A stretch of 64,000 nucleotides of DNA, taken from the NCBI GenBank assembly GCA_037447435.1, contig JBBIGR010000008.1, positions 1 to 64,000 on the forward strand, given 5' to 3'. The position numbers were made by a program, and so were the translations under genes. Positions 48,730-60,000 of the stretch are shown one piece after another; positions within the stretch are counted from its first letter, which is position 1; each line of letters opens with the position of its first letter. Origin of the DNA: Fibrobacteria bacterium. Its GTDB lineage: Bacteria; Fibrobacterota; Chitinivibrionia; Chitinivibrionales; FEN-1185. The notes beneath the pieces were generated by a model. It was given only the letters and a program-made list of their open reading frames with translations, did not search any database and was not told where the DNA came from.

Positions 48730-49776
48730 CTAAACAGAAAGGGAGTAGTGCCTTTCGGAACAAGCGCGTAACCTACGAGCTGTCTCTTCAGGCGTACTGT
48801 CGCGTTTGTCCATGAAGGCAAGTTCGTAGGCTGTCATGAAGCGTCGGCGGACGGCATTGCGTGCGAGCGGTGGCAGAAAATGAATGTGAAAATGCCATGC
48901 AGCATCGGAAATTTTTGAACCCGCAAAGGGCTTTTGGTGAACAGCCATTGCATAGGGAAACGATGAAAAGTTAAGATTATCTAACTTTACCGTGATTCGA
49001 TGAAGCATATCGGCCATGGCAAACTTCGCATCTCTTGACATGGTGATAATGTCCGAATAATGTTTTTTTGGCAAAATTATTGTCTCGTAAGGCCAATGTG
49101 CCCAAAACGGGACTATGGCGACACAATAATCGTTTTCAAGGATCAAGCGAGATTTCATTTTCAATTCTACTTCGACGTACGTACACAATAAACAGGCATT
49201 ATGGGAAGAAAAATATTTTTCTTGATTAATTGTTTCAATTGCTGGTACCGTAGGCACGGTCGCGCTTGAAACTATTTGACAATGCGGATGCAGTGTGGTT
49301 CCGCCCATGAGTTCGCCGCGATTCTCGAAAATAGAGATATAGCCGGTTTCGCCAGGTATGAACATTTCCTTGTATTCATTTTCCCAAGCTTCAATAATGG
49401 TATAAATTTCTTGCGGAGTTAATAAGGACAGCGAAAGGTCATGGCGGGGTGAATAGCTTATGACGCGGCATAGCCCTTGCTCGCCGTTGGCAACAAGAAC
49501 GTCACGTTCGTTCATCTTTTCCAAAGGAATATCGGGAAGAAGCATAGGGAAATCATTGTCGAAAGTAAACGGCGAGTCGTAATTTGGGTTTTTTTGGTTG
49601 CCTGCTCTCAGGTTGCCAGGGCACAATGCACATTTAGGATCAAAGGGCAAAACCGTTTGTTGCGGAGATGTATCAGGCTTGCCTTGCCATGGACGTTTCG
49701 TCCGGTGGCAAGAAACAAGTGTCCACTCACCACAAAGTGGATTATATCGCCTATGAGGAAAATCAGCCAAATTCAT
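48730..49776 (-). CDS. galT: Galactose-1-phosphate uridylyltransferase
   Basis: HRRYNPL, RTKRPWQG, CALCPGN, FENRGELMG, HPHCQ, PFWAHWPYE. Confidence 0.93.
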   Translation of the reverse strand: MNLADFPHRRYNPLCGEWTLVSCHRTKRPWQGKPDTSPQQTVLPFDPKCALCPGNLRAGNQKNPNYDSPFTFDNDFPMLLPDIPLEKMNERDVLVANGEQGLCRVISYSPRHDLSLSLLTPQEIYTIIEAWENEYKEMFIPGETGYISIFENRGELMGGTTLHPHCQIVSSATVPTVPAIETINQEKYFSSHNACLLCTYVEVELKMKSRLILENDYCVAIVPFWAHWPYETIILPKKHYSDIITMSRDAKFAMADMLHRITVKLDNLNFSSFPYAMAVHQKPFAGSKISDAAWHFHIHFLPPLARNAVRRRFMTAYELAFMDKRDSTPEETARRLRACSERHYSLSV

Positions 49777-49779
49777 AAG

Positions 49780-51024
49780 TTAATTACTTTTACAACAACG
49801 AAAGCCGATAGAGGGCTTTGCGTCTCCACCGGAACCCGGTGATACAGTTTGGCATTTTGAAAGCGGGCCACCCATTGCCGATGCATTTTCACCTTTTTCG
49901 CGCACCCATTCAAAAACATTTCCAACCATATCGACAACACCGAATTTGCTGACACATTTATTTCGGCTTCCGGAAGTTTCAATTGAACTTGAAGTGTTGC
50001 AATTTTCTTTTTCCAAAATCCTTCCATAGGGATAGATATAGCCTTCTAATCCGCTACAAGCCCACCGCCATTCATCGGAAGAACATAGTCGTTTTCCCTG
50101 ATTTTCGCAAAGAGTTTTTGCATCTGAGAAAGAAACATTGACTTGAGGCAGGGCTCCTTCCTTGTTTGGAAATTCGTATTTATCGATACAGACCTTGAAA
50201 TAAGGACGATTGGCTTTGCCCGGAGGTAAATCGATAAGTATCATACCTTGTGGGCAAAACAAAGATTTTGCATATCGTTTAATTTGATCTTCTTCGCCAT
50301 CTTCGGAAGTGTGTCGAAACACACGAACAACTTGATCGAAAGTATATGATGTAGCCTGAGTTCCGTTTGTCAGAATTGTGATGCCGGGTTTGTCATCCCT
50401 TAAAATTTTTCCGATTACCAACACATTTGGTTTGGGTTTCCCTTCTTCATCGAATTCCGAGTTTTTCACGACAACAGTGTCTAGAATTTCTGTTGGGGTT
50501 TGAGAAGCTGAGGTATCAGATGTTAGTGATTTGGCCGAAACATTTCCTATTGCAATTTTATCGACTACAGAATGTGAAATGGGTATCAAAGAACCGTCGA
50601 TATCAAGCTTGATATTGTCGTTATCGATCGAAGAAAGTTTACCACGAAAAAGAATTCCGGTTTTTAGGGTAATTTCGAGGGTTACGCCGGTAGGGTTGCG
50701 CTGCGCAAGGGTCTCATAAGTGACAACTTCCGATTCGCTAAAAGCGGTAGATTGCTTTTGCTGATTTTTAAGCGGAGGTGGAGCAAGCAATGTGAAATCG
50801 GAAATCAACCCGGCATTAAATGTATAGGCATTACCTTTGCAATCAAGAATAATCGATGTGTCGGTTTTAGAATCTACCATACCTTCGAGCATGTCGCCGG
50901 TAGTTAAATTCATACGATAGGTTGCACCAACAGTTATTTCGTCCAAAGAATGTATGGGATAAGCAACATTTATACAGATGAAAAGTATAACTGTAAATAC
51001 TCTAAAAAACTTTTGAGGAATCAT
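49780..51024 (-). CDS. Secreted protein with N-terminal beta repeats and a C-terminal FGE-sulfatase (SUMF1) domain
   Basis: FCPQGM, CIDKYEFP, GKRLCSSDEW, YPYG, DMVGNVFEW, GFRCC. Confidence 0.85.
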   Translation of the reverse strand: MIPQKFFRVFTVILFICINVAYPIHSLDEITVGATYRMNLTTGDMLEGMVDSKTDTSIILDCKGNAYTFNAGLISDFTLLAPPPLKNQQKQSTAFSESEVVTYETLAQRNPTGVTLEITLKTGILFRGKLSSIDNDNIKLDIDGSLIPISHSVVDKIAIGNVSAKSLTSDTSASQTPTEILDTVVVKNSEFDEEGKPKPNVLVIGKILRDDKPGITILTNGTQATSYTFDQVVRVFRHTSEDGEEDQIKRYAKSLFCPQGMILIDLPPGKANRPYFKVCIDKYEFPNKEGALPQVNVSFSDAKTLCENQGKRLCSSDEWRWACSGLEGYIYPYGRILEKENCNTSSSIETSGSRNKCVSKFGVVDMVGNVFEWVREKGENASAMGGPLSKCQTVSPGSGGDAKPSIGFRCCKSN

Positions 51025-51269
51025 ATTCTGCCTACTTTCGGATTTTTGAAAAAGCGGAATGCTTCATTGATGAGCATATTAAAATGCAAAAAGGGATGAG
51101 TTCATGTAAAGGAAAATTGACATAAACCTTAATTGATGCCTATTTCATAAAATTGTCAAATTTCCTAAACCCCTTTATAAAATTAGGGGAAAGGCTTGTA
51201 GATTTGTTTTGCATTGACATTGCCTGGTTCCGTCACTTAATTTTCTCAATGCTTTTTTGAAACAATGAT

Positions 51270-51343
51270 GCCAGCGTAGCTCAGTCGGTTAGAGCAGTGG
51301 AATCATAATCCACGTGTCCGGAGTTCGAATCTCTGCGCTGGCA
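51270..51343 (+). tRNA. tRNA with CAT anticodon (probably elongator tRNA-Met); CCA not encoded
   Basis: Acceptor stem GCCAGCG/CGCTGGC, TAGCTCAG D-arm, GTGGA-ATCATAA-TCCAC anticodon arm, GTTCGAAT T-loop. Confidence 0.95.
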
Positions 51344-51382
51344 TTTTCACCCCTCCCTGCAAATCTGCACATTTGTTCCGCT

Positions 51383-52759
51383 ATGCAATACGAAGGACTT
51401 TATAATGCCGTACTTGAATTTTGGCAAAGCAATGTGCCTGTTGTAAACTCACGCATTTGCGTAGCGGTGAGCGGAGGTGCCGATTCGGTAGCCTTGTTTG
51501 TCCTTTTGAAAAACCTTGCTCAAAAACTTTTGATTGCCGAACTCGGAATTGCTCATGTTAATCATAGCCTCCGCGGAATTGAATCTGATGCCGATGAATC
51601 CTTTGTTAAGAATCTTGCATCAAATTCCGGCGTTAAATATCACTGTATTACATTAGAAGGTATTCCTAAAAGCGGGATCGAAGAATGGGCTCGCAACAAA
51701 AGGTATGATTTTTTATCTTGTGTAATGCAAAAGTACAAATATGATTTTGTGGCTACAGCTCATACGGCTAACGACCAGGCCGAAACAATTCTAATGCGAA
51801 TAATTCGTGGTAGCGGAGTTTTAGGGCTTTCAGCAATTGAACCAAAGCGTAGAGACCGGATAATAAGGCCGTTGCTTGATATTGAAAAAATCGTTCTTTT
51901 AAACTGGCTCGCCAGTCAAAACCAAGAATTTAGAGAAGATTCTACCAATGAAAATACCGCGTTTCTTCGCAATTGGGTGAGGAGAGATCTAATAACAAAA
52001 CTTGTAAAAAAAGAAAAATATGCAGTTAAAAATCTCTGTGCCATAGCAAAAGACGCGAATTCCCTAAATATGGTTATAAATGAAGAAATCAATAAATGGA
52101 TATCCTGTTACGTAGTTGAAAAGACTTTGTCGAGGATAATTATTGCTAAAAAAGGGTTTTTTAACAATTCCATTTGGTCGCATGCAATGGTTTACCTATT
52201 CAGAGAAAACAGCATACTCTATGACAGAAATCATATTGAAAGTATACAGGAAAATTGTGGCAAAAACGGTAAACTTTTTCTTTTGCCGGGAACATGGTGT
52301 TATTGTGTAGCACATAAGACCTTAGAATTTACCAAACAGTTTCATAACTGTGGGTCGGAGCAACTAAATTATGAATTGGCTTTCGACAAAAAGAACGAAC
52401 TCCCCTTCCGCCTCGGCGTGTTGGTTTTAGAATATCTTACTATTAATTCTGAGAATACAATGGATTTTTCTGATCGCCAAATTGCCATTTTCGATGCTTT
52501 AAAATCTGGAAAAAACCTTATTGCTAGATTTATAAATCAAGGTGAAAAATTCTGGCCATATGGTTCAAAAAAACCTATGGATGCAAATGAATTTTTAAAA
52601 AAGCAAAAATGTACCAGATTCGATAGAAATAATGCATTTATTGTTGCCCAAAAAGAGGGCAATATTGTTTGGATTCCCGGAAAGCGAATCGATGAAAGAT
52701 ATAAGGTGGATTCGAAAACAACTAATATAATAAAGATTTCATGGAAGGTCGAATCATAA
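51383..52759 (+). CDS. tilS: tRNA(Ile)-lysidine synthase
   Basis: AVSGGADS, AHVNHSLRG, ARNKRY, AHTANDQAET, IRPLL, EDSTN; start moved downstream of the tRNA. Confidence 0.95.
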   Translation: MQYEGLYNAVLEFWQSNVPVVNSRICVAVSGGADSVALFVLLKNLAQKLLIAELGIAHVNHSLRGIESDADESFVKNLASNSGVKYHCITLEGIPKSGIEEWARNKRYDFLSCVMQKYKYDFVATAHTANDQAETILMRIIRGSGVLGLSAIEPKRRDRIIRPLLDIEKIVLLNWLASQNQEFREDSTNENTAFLRNWVRRDLITKLVKKEKYAVKNLCAIAKDANSLNMVINEEINKWISCYVVEKTLSRIIIAKKGFFNNSIWSHAMVYLFRENSILYDRNHIESIQENCGKNGKLFLLPGTWCYCVAHKTLEFTKQFHNCGSEQLNYELAFDKKNELPFRLGVLVLEYLTINSENTMDFSDRQIAIFDALKSGKNLIARFINQGEKFWPYGSKKPMDANEFLKKQKCTRFDRNNAFIVAQKEGNIVWIPGKRIDERYKVDSKTTNIIKISWKVES

Positions 52760-52841
52760 CAGATATTATTTTCAACAGTTTGGAATTTCCCTAAACCGTA
52801 ATATAATAATAGTATTGAAAAAGAATCCAGGAGGCATTTCG

Positions 52842-54938
52842 TTGTTAGAAACAGAGAAGAAAAAAGGGCAAACAAATCCTAAAAAGCCCCTTTCAAAACA
52901 AAATCAGGATAAGAGCAAGAAAAAACAAAATATGCGAGAACCATCAAGAACCGTAGCGATGTGGTTACTCATTGCGGTTGCAGTATTTGTTGGCTTACGT
53001 CTTATGGAAACAACCGGAATGAGGGAGCAGACTATTACCTACTCCCAATTCCAAACGCTTATTAATTCTCAAGATGCACGAATCGTGAAAATGGAGGTCG
53101 TTCTTAAAGGGATAAACCGTGCATCATTGCACGGGGAGGTGGCTGATGCCGCTTCGTTGACAAAAGTTCTCGGTTCAAAAAACCAGCCGGCAGTCAAAAT
53201 GTTTACCGTGATACTGCCTTATATTGATTCACCCATGCTAAAAGAATGGGATGCTCGTGGTGTACAGTACACTTTTGTACCGGAAAAAATGAATTGGGGT
53301 GATTTGGCCTGGAATACTTTGCCATGGCTCATTTTTATGGTGTTATTTTGGGTTTTCATGTTGAGACAGATGCAATCCGGGCAAAAGGGCGTGTTCTCTT
53401 TTGGAAAAAGCCGTGCAAAACTTCATGCGATGGACCGGCCACAAAACACCTTTGCGGATGCGGCAGGGCTTGATGAGGCAAAAGCGGAACTTGAAGAAAT
53501 CATTGAATTTCTTAAAAATCCTCAAAAGTTCAAACGGCTAGGTGGAAAAATTCCAAAAGGCGTTTTGTTGCTCGGGCCGCCGGGTACAGGAAAAACTCTT
53601 TTGGCTCGTTGTGTTGCAGGTGAGGCGGGAGTTCCATTTTTATCAATGAGCGGTTCGGATTTTGTCGAGATGTTTGTCGGTGTCGGCGCATCTCGGGTGC
53701 GGGACCTGTTCGAGACAGCAAAGCGAAATTCACCCTGCATTATTTTCATTGACGAAATAGACGCCGTTGGCCGTCAGCGCGGAGCGGGGCTTGGAGGAGG
53801 TCATGATGAACGAGAACAAACACTTAATCAAATTCTTGTCGAAATGGACGGGTTTGAAGTTAATTCTGGCGTTATCCTTATAGCTGCAACCAACCGTCCC
53901 GATGTTTTGGATCCTGCACTTTTGCGACCGGGGCGATTCGACCGCCAGATCGTTGTTGATGTGCCTGATATTAAAGGGAGGGAAGGCATACTAAAGGTAC
54001 ACGTGAAAAACGTTCCCCTTGCCCCTGACGTCAATCTCCTTGTTATTGCAAAAGGGACTCCGGGGTTTGTCGGAGCGGATCTTGCGAACTTAGTTAATGA
54101 AGCTGCGCTTATGGCTGCCCGATTCGGACAAGAAAAGGTTACAATGCTTGACTTTGAGGAGTCAAAAGACAAAGTCCTTATGGGCGTTGAACGTAAGAGT
54201 ATGGTTTTGTCGGACATCGAAAAAAAGAACACGGCTTATCATGAAGCGGGGCATGCAATATGTAATTTGCATTGTCCCGCATCGGACCCATTGCACAAGG
54301 TTACCATTATTCCTCGTGGTCGTGCTCTTGGGGTGACGTTTTCATTGCCTGATGAAGACAGGCATAGTTATTCGAAGGATTTCCTTATCGATCGCATATG
54401 TATTGCCATGGGTGGTCGTGTTGCAGAAGAAATTGTTTTCAATGCAATGACAACCGGGGCTTCGAACGATATTAAACAGGCAACTAATCTTGTACGTAAA
54501 TTGATATGCGATTATGGAATGACGCCCGAATTGGGGCCGTTATCCTACGGTGAAAAAGACGAACAAATTTTCCTGGGTCGTGAGTTCAATAGACATCGCG
54601 ATTATTCTGAAAAAACTGCGGAAGTAATTGATTCTCTAATGCGGCGTCTTGTTGAGGAGCAATATGCAAGAGCAAAGACGATTTTAACGGAACACCGAGA
54701 TGAGCTTGACAAGCTTGCAAGTGCTTTATTGGAGTATGAATTGCTCGATCGGGAAGATATCCTCAAAATCATTAAAGGGGAATTGCTTGAAACGCCGAAA
54801 AAAACTAGGTCGGTTATCAAACAGCCGATAAAAATCGAAAAAACAATTCTTCAGGAAAATACTGAAGATACGCCGAACGTATCCAAAGAGGATCCGAAAG
54901 AGACAGAGGGTGATTCATCTAAACCCAGTCAAGGGTAA
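52842..54938 (+). CDS. ftsH: ATP-dependent zinc metalloprotease
   Basis: Two TMs; [35 protein letters not shown] before TTG 52842. Confidence 0.98.
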   Translation: MLETEKKKGQTNPKKPLSKQNQDKSKKKQNMREPSRTVAMWLLIAVAVFVGLRLMETTGMREQTITYSQFQTLINSQDARIVKMEVVLKGINRASLHGEVADAASLTKVLGSKNQPAVKMFTVILPYIDSPMLKEWDARGVQYTFVPEKMNWGDLAWNTLPWLIFMVLFWVFMLRQMQSGQKGVFSFGKSRAKLHAMDRPQNTFADAAGLDEAKAELEEIIEFLKNPQKFKRLGGKIPKGVLLLGPPGTGKTLLARCVAGEAGVPFLSMSGSDFVEMFVGVGASRVRDLFETAKRNSPCIIFIDEIDAVGRQRGAGLGGGHDEREQTLNQILVEMDGFEVNSGVILIAATNRPDVLDPALLRPGRFDRQIVVDVPDIKGREGILKVHVKNVPLAPDVNLLVIAKGTPGFVGADLANLVNEAALMAARFGQEKVTMLDFEESKDKVLMGVERKSMVLSDIEKKNTAYHEAGHAICNLHCPASDPLHKVTIIPRGRALGVTFSLPDEDRHSYSKDFLIDRICIAMGGRVAEEIVFNAMTTGASNDIKQATNLVRKLICDYGMTPELGPLSYGEKDEQIFLGREFNRHRDYSEKTAEVIDSLMRRLVEEQYARAKTILTEHRDELDKLASALLEYELLDREDILKIIKGELLETPKKTRSVIKQPIKIEKTILQENTEDTPNVSKEDPKETEGDSSKPSQG

Positions 54939-54981
54939 TTTTTTTTTTCGGTCAAAGCAAATAAGTGAACATTGCTTCATT

Positions 54982-55014
54982 AACAGGCACACTTTTATAG
55001 TGTGCCTGTTTTTT
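54982..55014 (+). terminator. Rho-independent terminator after ftsH
   Basis: AACAGGCACACT-tttat-AGTGTGCCTGTT then TTTT. Confidence 0.85.
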
Positions 55015-55061
55015 GAAATGGATGTTAATCGTTCAAACTGCTGAAAGAGACAAAATCAGGG

Positions 55062-55874
55062 ATGCATCCTGTACTTGAAAAACGTTTTTCTGTACTTGGC
55101 ATTGTAAACGTCACTCCAGACTCGTTTTTTGACGGCGGAAAATATGCAACGACAAAACAGGCTGTTGATCACGGACTATCTCTTGCAAATGATGGTGCCG
55201 ATATTCTTGATATCGGCGGTGAGTCGACTCGGCCGGGAGCAAAGCAGCTTAGTGTTGAAGAAGAACTGGCAAGAGTTATTCCCGTTGTATCGGCCTTATC
55301 AAAACTCATTCAAATTCCCCTTTGCGTCGATACGACAAAAGCCGCTGTTGCTGAAGCAGCAATAGAATCTGGTGCTACTTGGATCAACGACATAAGCGCT
55401 GGTCGCTTCGATTCGCGCATGCCCTGTGTAATTGCCAAGAATCAATGTGCAATCATCCTAATGCATAGTAGACATATCCCCGAAACAATGCAAAAGGCAC
55501 CAATTTATAAAAACGTCATTTCCGAAGTTTCTGCCGAATTGCTCCAAAGCGTCGACCTTTTTTGTTCCGCTGGCGTTTTACGCGAAAACATTTTGCTTGA
55601 TCCGGGGTTAGGATTTGCGAAACGTCTTGAAGACAATGTGACAATTCTTTCAAAATGCGAAAAATTTGTATCACTGGGATTTCCTCTTTGTATAGGTGCC
55701 TCCAGAAAATCGTTTATTGGGTTTATCACACAACGAGAGGCCGCAGATAGACTTCCTGGTAGCCTGGCATGTGTTGCAGCAGCATTTTATAAAGGTGCCC
55801 AAATATTTAGGGTACATGACGTGAAAGAAACTGTGGATTTATTGACCATGCTCGAGGCAATTAGGGATCATTAA
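55062..55874 (+). CDS. folP: Dihydropteroate synthase
   Basis: IVNVTPDSF, DIGGESTRPG, DPGLGFAK, SRKSF, RVHDV. Confidence 0.97.
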   Translation: MHPVLEKRFSVLGIVNVTPDSFFDGGKYATTKQAVDHGLSLANDGADILDIGGESTRPGAKQLSVEEELARVIPVVSALSKLIQIPLCVDTTKAAVAEAAIESGATWINDISAGRFDSRMPCVIAKNQCAIILMHSRHIPETMQKAPIYKNVISEVSAELLQSVDLFCSAGVLRENILLDPGLGFAKRLEDNVTILSKCEKFVSLGFPLCIGASRKSFIGFITQREAADRLPGSLACVAAAFYKGAQIFRVHDVKETVDLLTMLEAIRDH

Positions 55875-55961
55875 ACCCGGTTGTTGCGGATGTATTACCG
55901 GAATCTGTCTAATTTGCGAAAAAATCCAAATTCATGATTAAACCTTTTTAAAGAATAGACA

Positions 55962-57053
55962 ATGGCTGAAAAAAGGAATAAAATTATCATCATAAGCGTA
56001 ATGATATTACTCGTGCTTTGCATCGGGCTATTCTTCCTACTGTTACAAAGGGCAAAACAGTTTACAGAAGCGGTTAAACCCCCTAAGCTAAGCATACAAA
56101 AGGGTTTAAATATTGTGGCATCCTCTACTAAAAGTCGGGACACATCTCATGTGAGTATTGCACCCGTAAATAAACCGCATAAACAAAAACCGAGTATGGA
56201 ATTGCCAGTAGTTTCGATACCCGACACCGGCAAAGGAGTAGTGAAACCCGACACGGCAATTCCGATTTCGAATGCAATATCTTCACCCTGCGCCGGAGAT
56301 ACGATAGCGCCCTGGGTGTTTCCCGATCCTTCTGGAGGATTGCACCGAAAGCAGGTAAACGTTACTCTTGAATCAACAAAAAATCCCTGTGTCATAGAAT
56401 GGAAAACCGATTCTGCCGGTTTATGGCAACCATACCAGAAACCTATTTCTATCAAAATGACCACTTCGCTTTTTTTTCGTGCTCACGATTCATGCGGAAA
56501 TGTCATGGCGCCAAGGCAGGAAAAATATGAAATTGACTTGACTCAACCCCTGAAATTTTGTCCCGAAAATATGGAATATGTCAAAGCAGGGCAAACCGCA
56601 TTTTGCATAGACAAATACGAATGGCCGGACAAAAAAGGCGTTATCCCGCAAACATATATATCGTTGTACCAAGCAATGGATTCCTGCGTGGCAGCAGCAA
56701 AACATCTTTGCAGTTCCGACGAATGGACCTTGGCTTGCACCGGACCATATGGTTGGCAATACCCCTATGGCGATTCATATGAAAGGCATGCCTGCGTAAC
56801 ACATGATACGGTTGCGAGACCGTCGGGCAGCAAGCCCGAATGCAGGGGATATTTTGATGTCTACGATATGTCGGGTAATTGCGCGGAATGGACAAGTACC
56901 CGTTCAAGTATTAACAGACAATTTTTCAATGTAAAGGGCGGGTTTTGGGAAAGCGGTCCGCGAAGCGGCTGTTTTGAAACCAGATACAGTTATTATCCGC
57001 AAAATAGGCACAACCCGGTAGGTTTCCGATGTTGTAAAGAGGCTGCGCAATGA
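55962..57053 (+). CDS. Membrane-anchored protein with Pro-rich linker, Fn3/chitobiase-C-like domain and FGE-sulfatase (SUMF1) domain
   Basis: N-terminal TM; PSGG...YQKPISI...LFFRAHDSCGN; FCIDKYEWP, DMSGNCAEW, GFRCC; ATGA overlap with sprA. Confidence 0.82.
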   Translation: MAEKRNKIIIISVMILLVLCIGLFFLLLQRAKQFTEAVKPPKLSIQKGLNIVASSTKSRDTSHVSIAPVNKPHKQKPSMELPVVSIPDTGKGVVKPDTAIPISNAISSPCAGDTIAPWVFPDPSGGLHRKQVNVTLESTKNPCVIEWKTDSAGLWQPYQKPISIKMTTSLFFRAHDSCGNVMAPRQEKYEIDLTQPLKFCPENMEYVKAGQTAFCIDKYEWPDKKGVIPQTYISLYQAMDSCVAAAKHLCSSDEWTLACTGPYGWQYPYGDSYERHACVTHDTVARPSGSKPECRGYFDVYDMSGNCAEWTSTRSSINRQFFNVKGGFWESGPRSGCFETRYSYYPQNRHNPVGFRCCKEAAQ

Positions 57054-60000
57054 GATTTTGTTCTCAACAATTTAAAGCGGCTTGCTTGATTATTGCCTCC
57101 TCAATGGCGATTTGGGCCCAATCGAGTATTCCGTTTTCCTCACCTACCATAGGCAGTTTTCATGCGCTTCCCGAAGATCCTGCACCGCAAAGCGTTCTAT
57201 TAGCTGTCAATTCCATGTTCCTCACTTGCAATACGACGCTGTTTGAAGACCGCCAAATCATTGATTTTGAAAAGCGCGAGATTTCGTTCGAACGTTATGA
57301 TAAAACGTATAATATTCCTATTTGGCAATATAGATATGAAGAACTTGATTCGTATTTGGAGAGCAGACGCCGGTTTGCCCTGCTCAGCGGTTGGTATGCG
57401 GGTCAAACATCTGTTCTGGCGCCGGTCCAGGAAAAAAAGAAAGCATTTACCTCGTTGCAATGGGAATTGCCGGTGGAATATCCATCGTGGGCGCAACGGA
57501 TTTTGGGAAAAGATCCGCCGAAACTTTCCATTACCGGATATGAAAAAATCATTGTCTCCTATGAAAGCAATAAAATTGAAACCGGGTCAAATTTGGACCT
57601 CCCGGCGACTGGGGCGTTAAATTTCGATCAGGAAAACCAATTTTCGATTACGGGAAGCGTCGGAAGGCTTATAAATATCAATATCAAGGGAAGTACGAAA
57701 GAAGGTGTTGATGCTGCGAACGATCCATTAAAAAATTTCAAGATAGAATATAAAGGTGAAGGAAACGAACTTGAGGACGAAATTGTCCAGGAAGTGGTTG
57801 CCGGATATACGTCATTTGAAATGCCGGGAACCCAATTATCGGGCTTTTCAGAAAGTCATGAAGGCTTATTCGGCATCAAAATGAATGCGAAATTAGGTCC
57901 TTTGTCTTTAACCGGTATCGCAAGTACCGAACAGGGTCAATCTCAGACAATGTCTTTTTCACCGACAGGGGCAGGGGAATCAAGTACGAAAATATCAGAA
58001 AAGGACTTTGTTCCAAATAAAATATTCTTTTTAGATTCGATTTATTTGCAAAAATATCTGGGCAAGCGAGCCACGGTCCCTAAAGTCGCCCAACTTCAGG
58101 TGTGGTTGTCAAATGCGAATATGGTCAATGAAGCAAAGCCTGCGGATAATGCAAGCAAGACAAACACCAACATTTATAAGAAAGTTGGGGCCAGTTTATC
58201 ATGGTATAAAAAACTTGAAGAAAAGCGCCATTATTTCTTAAACCAGGATGAAGGATGGATACGATTCGATAGCACGATTTCCGAAAGCGACTTGCTTGGA
58301 ATATATCTGGTGTTTTCCGACACGACTTACAAAACAAAGGGGTATAATATCCTTGACAATCCTGTCGCTGCAAAAGACACGGCAATCGATACTCTGTGGA
58401 CGCTTAAATTTCAGGACCAAAATACTTCTCATCCGACATTTCCGCTTATGTGGCGAAATGTGTATCAATTACCTAATGGATTCGATCAGGATAAATTCAA
58501 GCTTCGGGTGACCCGTTCCAATGCAGACACGGGTGTTGAAAAAACAAGCGATAATAAATATTTTTCCAACGTTCTTGGGTTGGCTAATGATAAGGGGGTT
58601 CCCTACACAACGAACACCCAGATTTTTGACAATGTTCACAACATTATAGTGATACCCGCATTTACATCGTCGGATACCTCGGTTAGGGGCAACGAACCGT
58701 TTTCAAACCCTGCGTTGGGTACCGATGCTGTTGACAAAGATATTTATCATAAAACGGGGGCAAATGATTTCGGCCTCATAATCCCGAAATTCCAGATATC
58801 AATGTCCGGAGCTTCGAGGAAAACAACCTTTACGCTCGGTTTTGGCAGTGTCATGCAGGGAACGGAAATTTTGAAAATCGATGGTAAGCAATTGGTTCGG
58901 GGTACCGATTATTTGATAGATTATCAAACCGGTCAGGTTGATCTTATCAGTAAAGAGGCGATGAACGCCAACCAAATTTCCGCAGAATTCCAAAGTGAAG
59001 CGTTATTCGTGGCAAAACAAAAGGTGTTCTTTGGGCTTCGTGGAGAAACAAAACTGCCCTTTAGCGATAAGTCGATACTTGGTATGAGCATACTATATCA
59101 GGATGCGAGTGCAAGGGAAAATGTACCAAAATTGAATCAGGAGCCGTATTCGAAACTGTTGCTTGATGTGAATTCAAAAGTTGAATTTGAGCCTGAATGG
59201 ATGACAAAAGCGGTTAATGCAATTCCCCTCATTTCGACGGACGCTGCATCGGCCTTGTCGATTGAGGTTGAAGTCGCCCATTCAAGTACAAATCCGAACA
59301 CAAGCTCCGGGAAAGATGCATATATCGATGATTTCGAAAGTAGCAAAGAAGTGTATCCTATGCCGTTTTTGGAGTCATCGTGGTATACGGCTTCTCCACC
59401 CCCGGATGATAATAATTCTCCTATTGACATGCTTAAAAATCCTCCTGCTTGGATTCAATATTGGTATGCACCGTTACAAGGCGATGGACAACCTTTAAAA
59501 ACCGATATCTTCAAGCAATTGCCCGATGTTGCAACGCAAACCGATGCTGAAAAATATGAGCCGGTTTTAAAGCTTTTTGCCCAACCTAAGCCACCCCAAA
59601 ATAATCCATACTATGACACCACATTGCATCCGTGGGCTGGATTCATGACTTCTTTTCCAAGCAATGTGGCAAATCGCAGCAAAGATAAATTTCTCGAATT
59701 CTGGGCCAAAAATAATGGCGGTGGCAGGCTTACTATCGACATGGGGCTTGTGAGCGAAGATATTTCAATTGACGGCGGTCCGCCGAATGGCAGACCTGAT
59801 TTGGAAGATAAAAACAATATCGGGTATTTTGATTCGCTTGATGTTGGATTAGATGGTCTTACTGATGCGGATGAGTATTATGTATATCCGCGTAAAACTG
59901 CAACAGGTACCTATTATTGGGATACTTTGCGATATTTGAAACAGGACCTTACAACAAAAGCATATCTTACTGATCCAAAAACAGGGCGGAATATTATTAA

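Noticed and set aside
51314..51382. N-terminal extension of the tilS ORF
   Set aside because: It overlaps the tRNA; ATG 51383 is the more plausible start.
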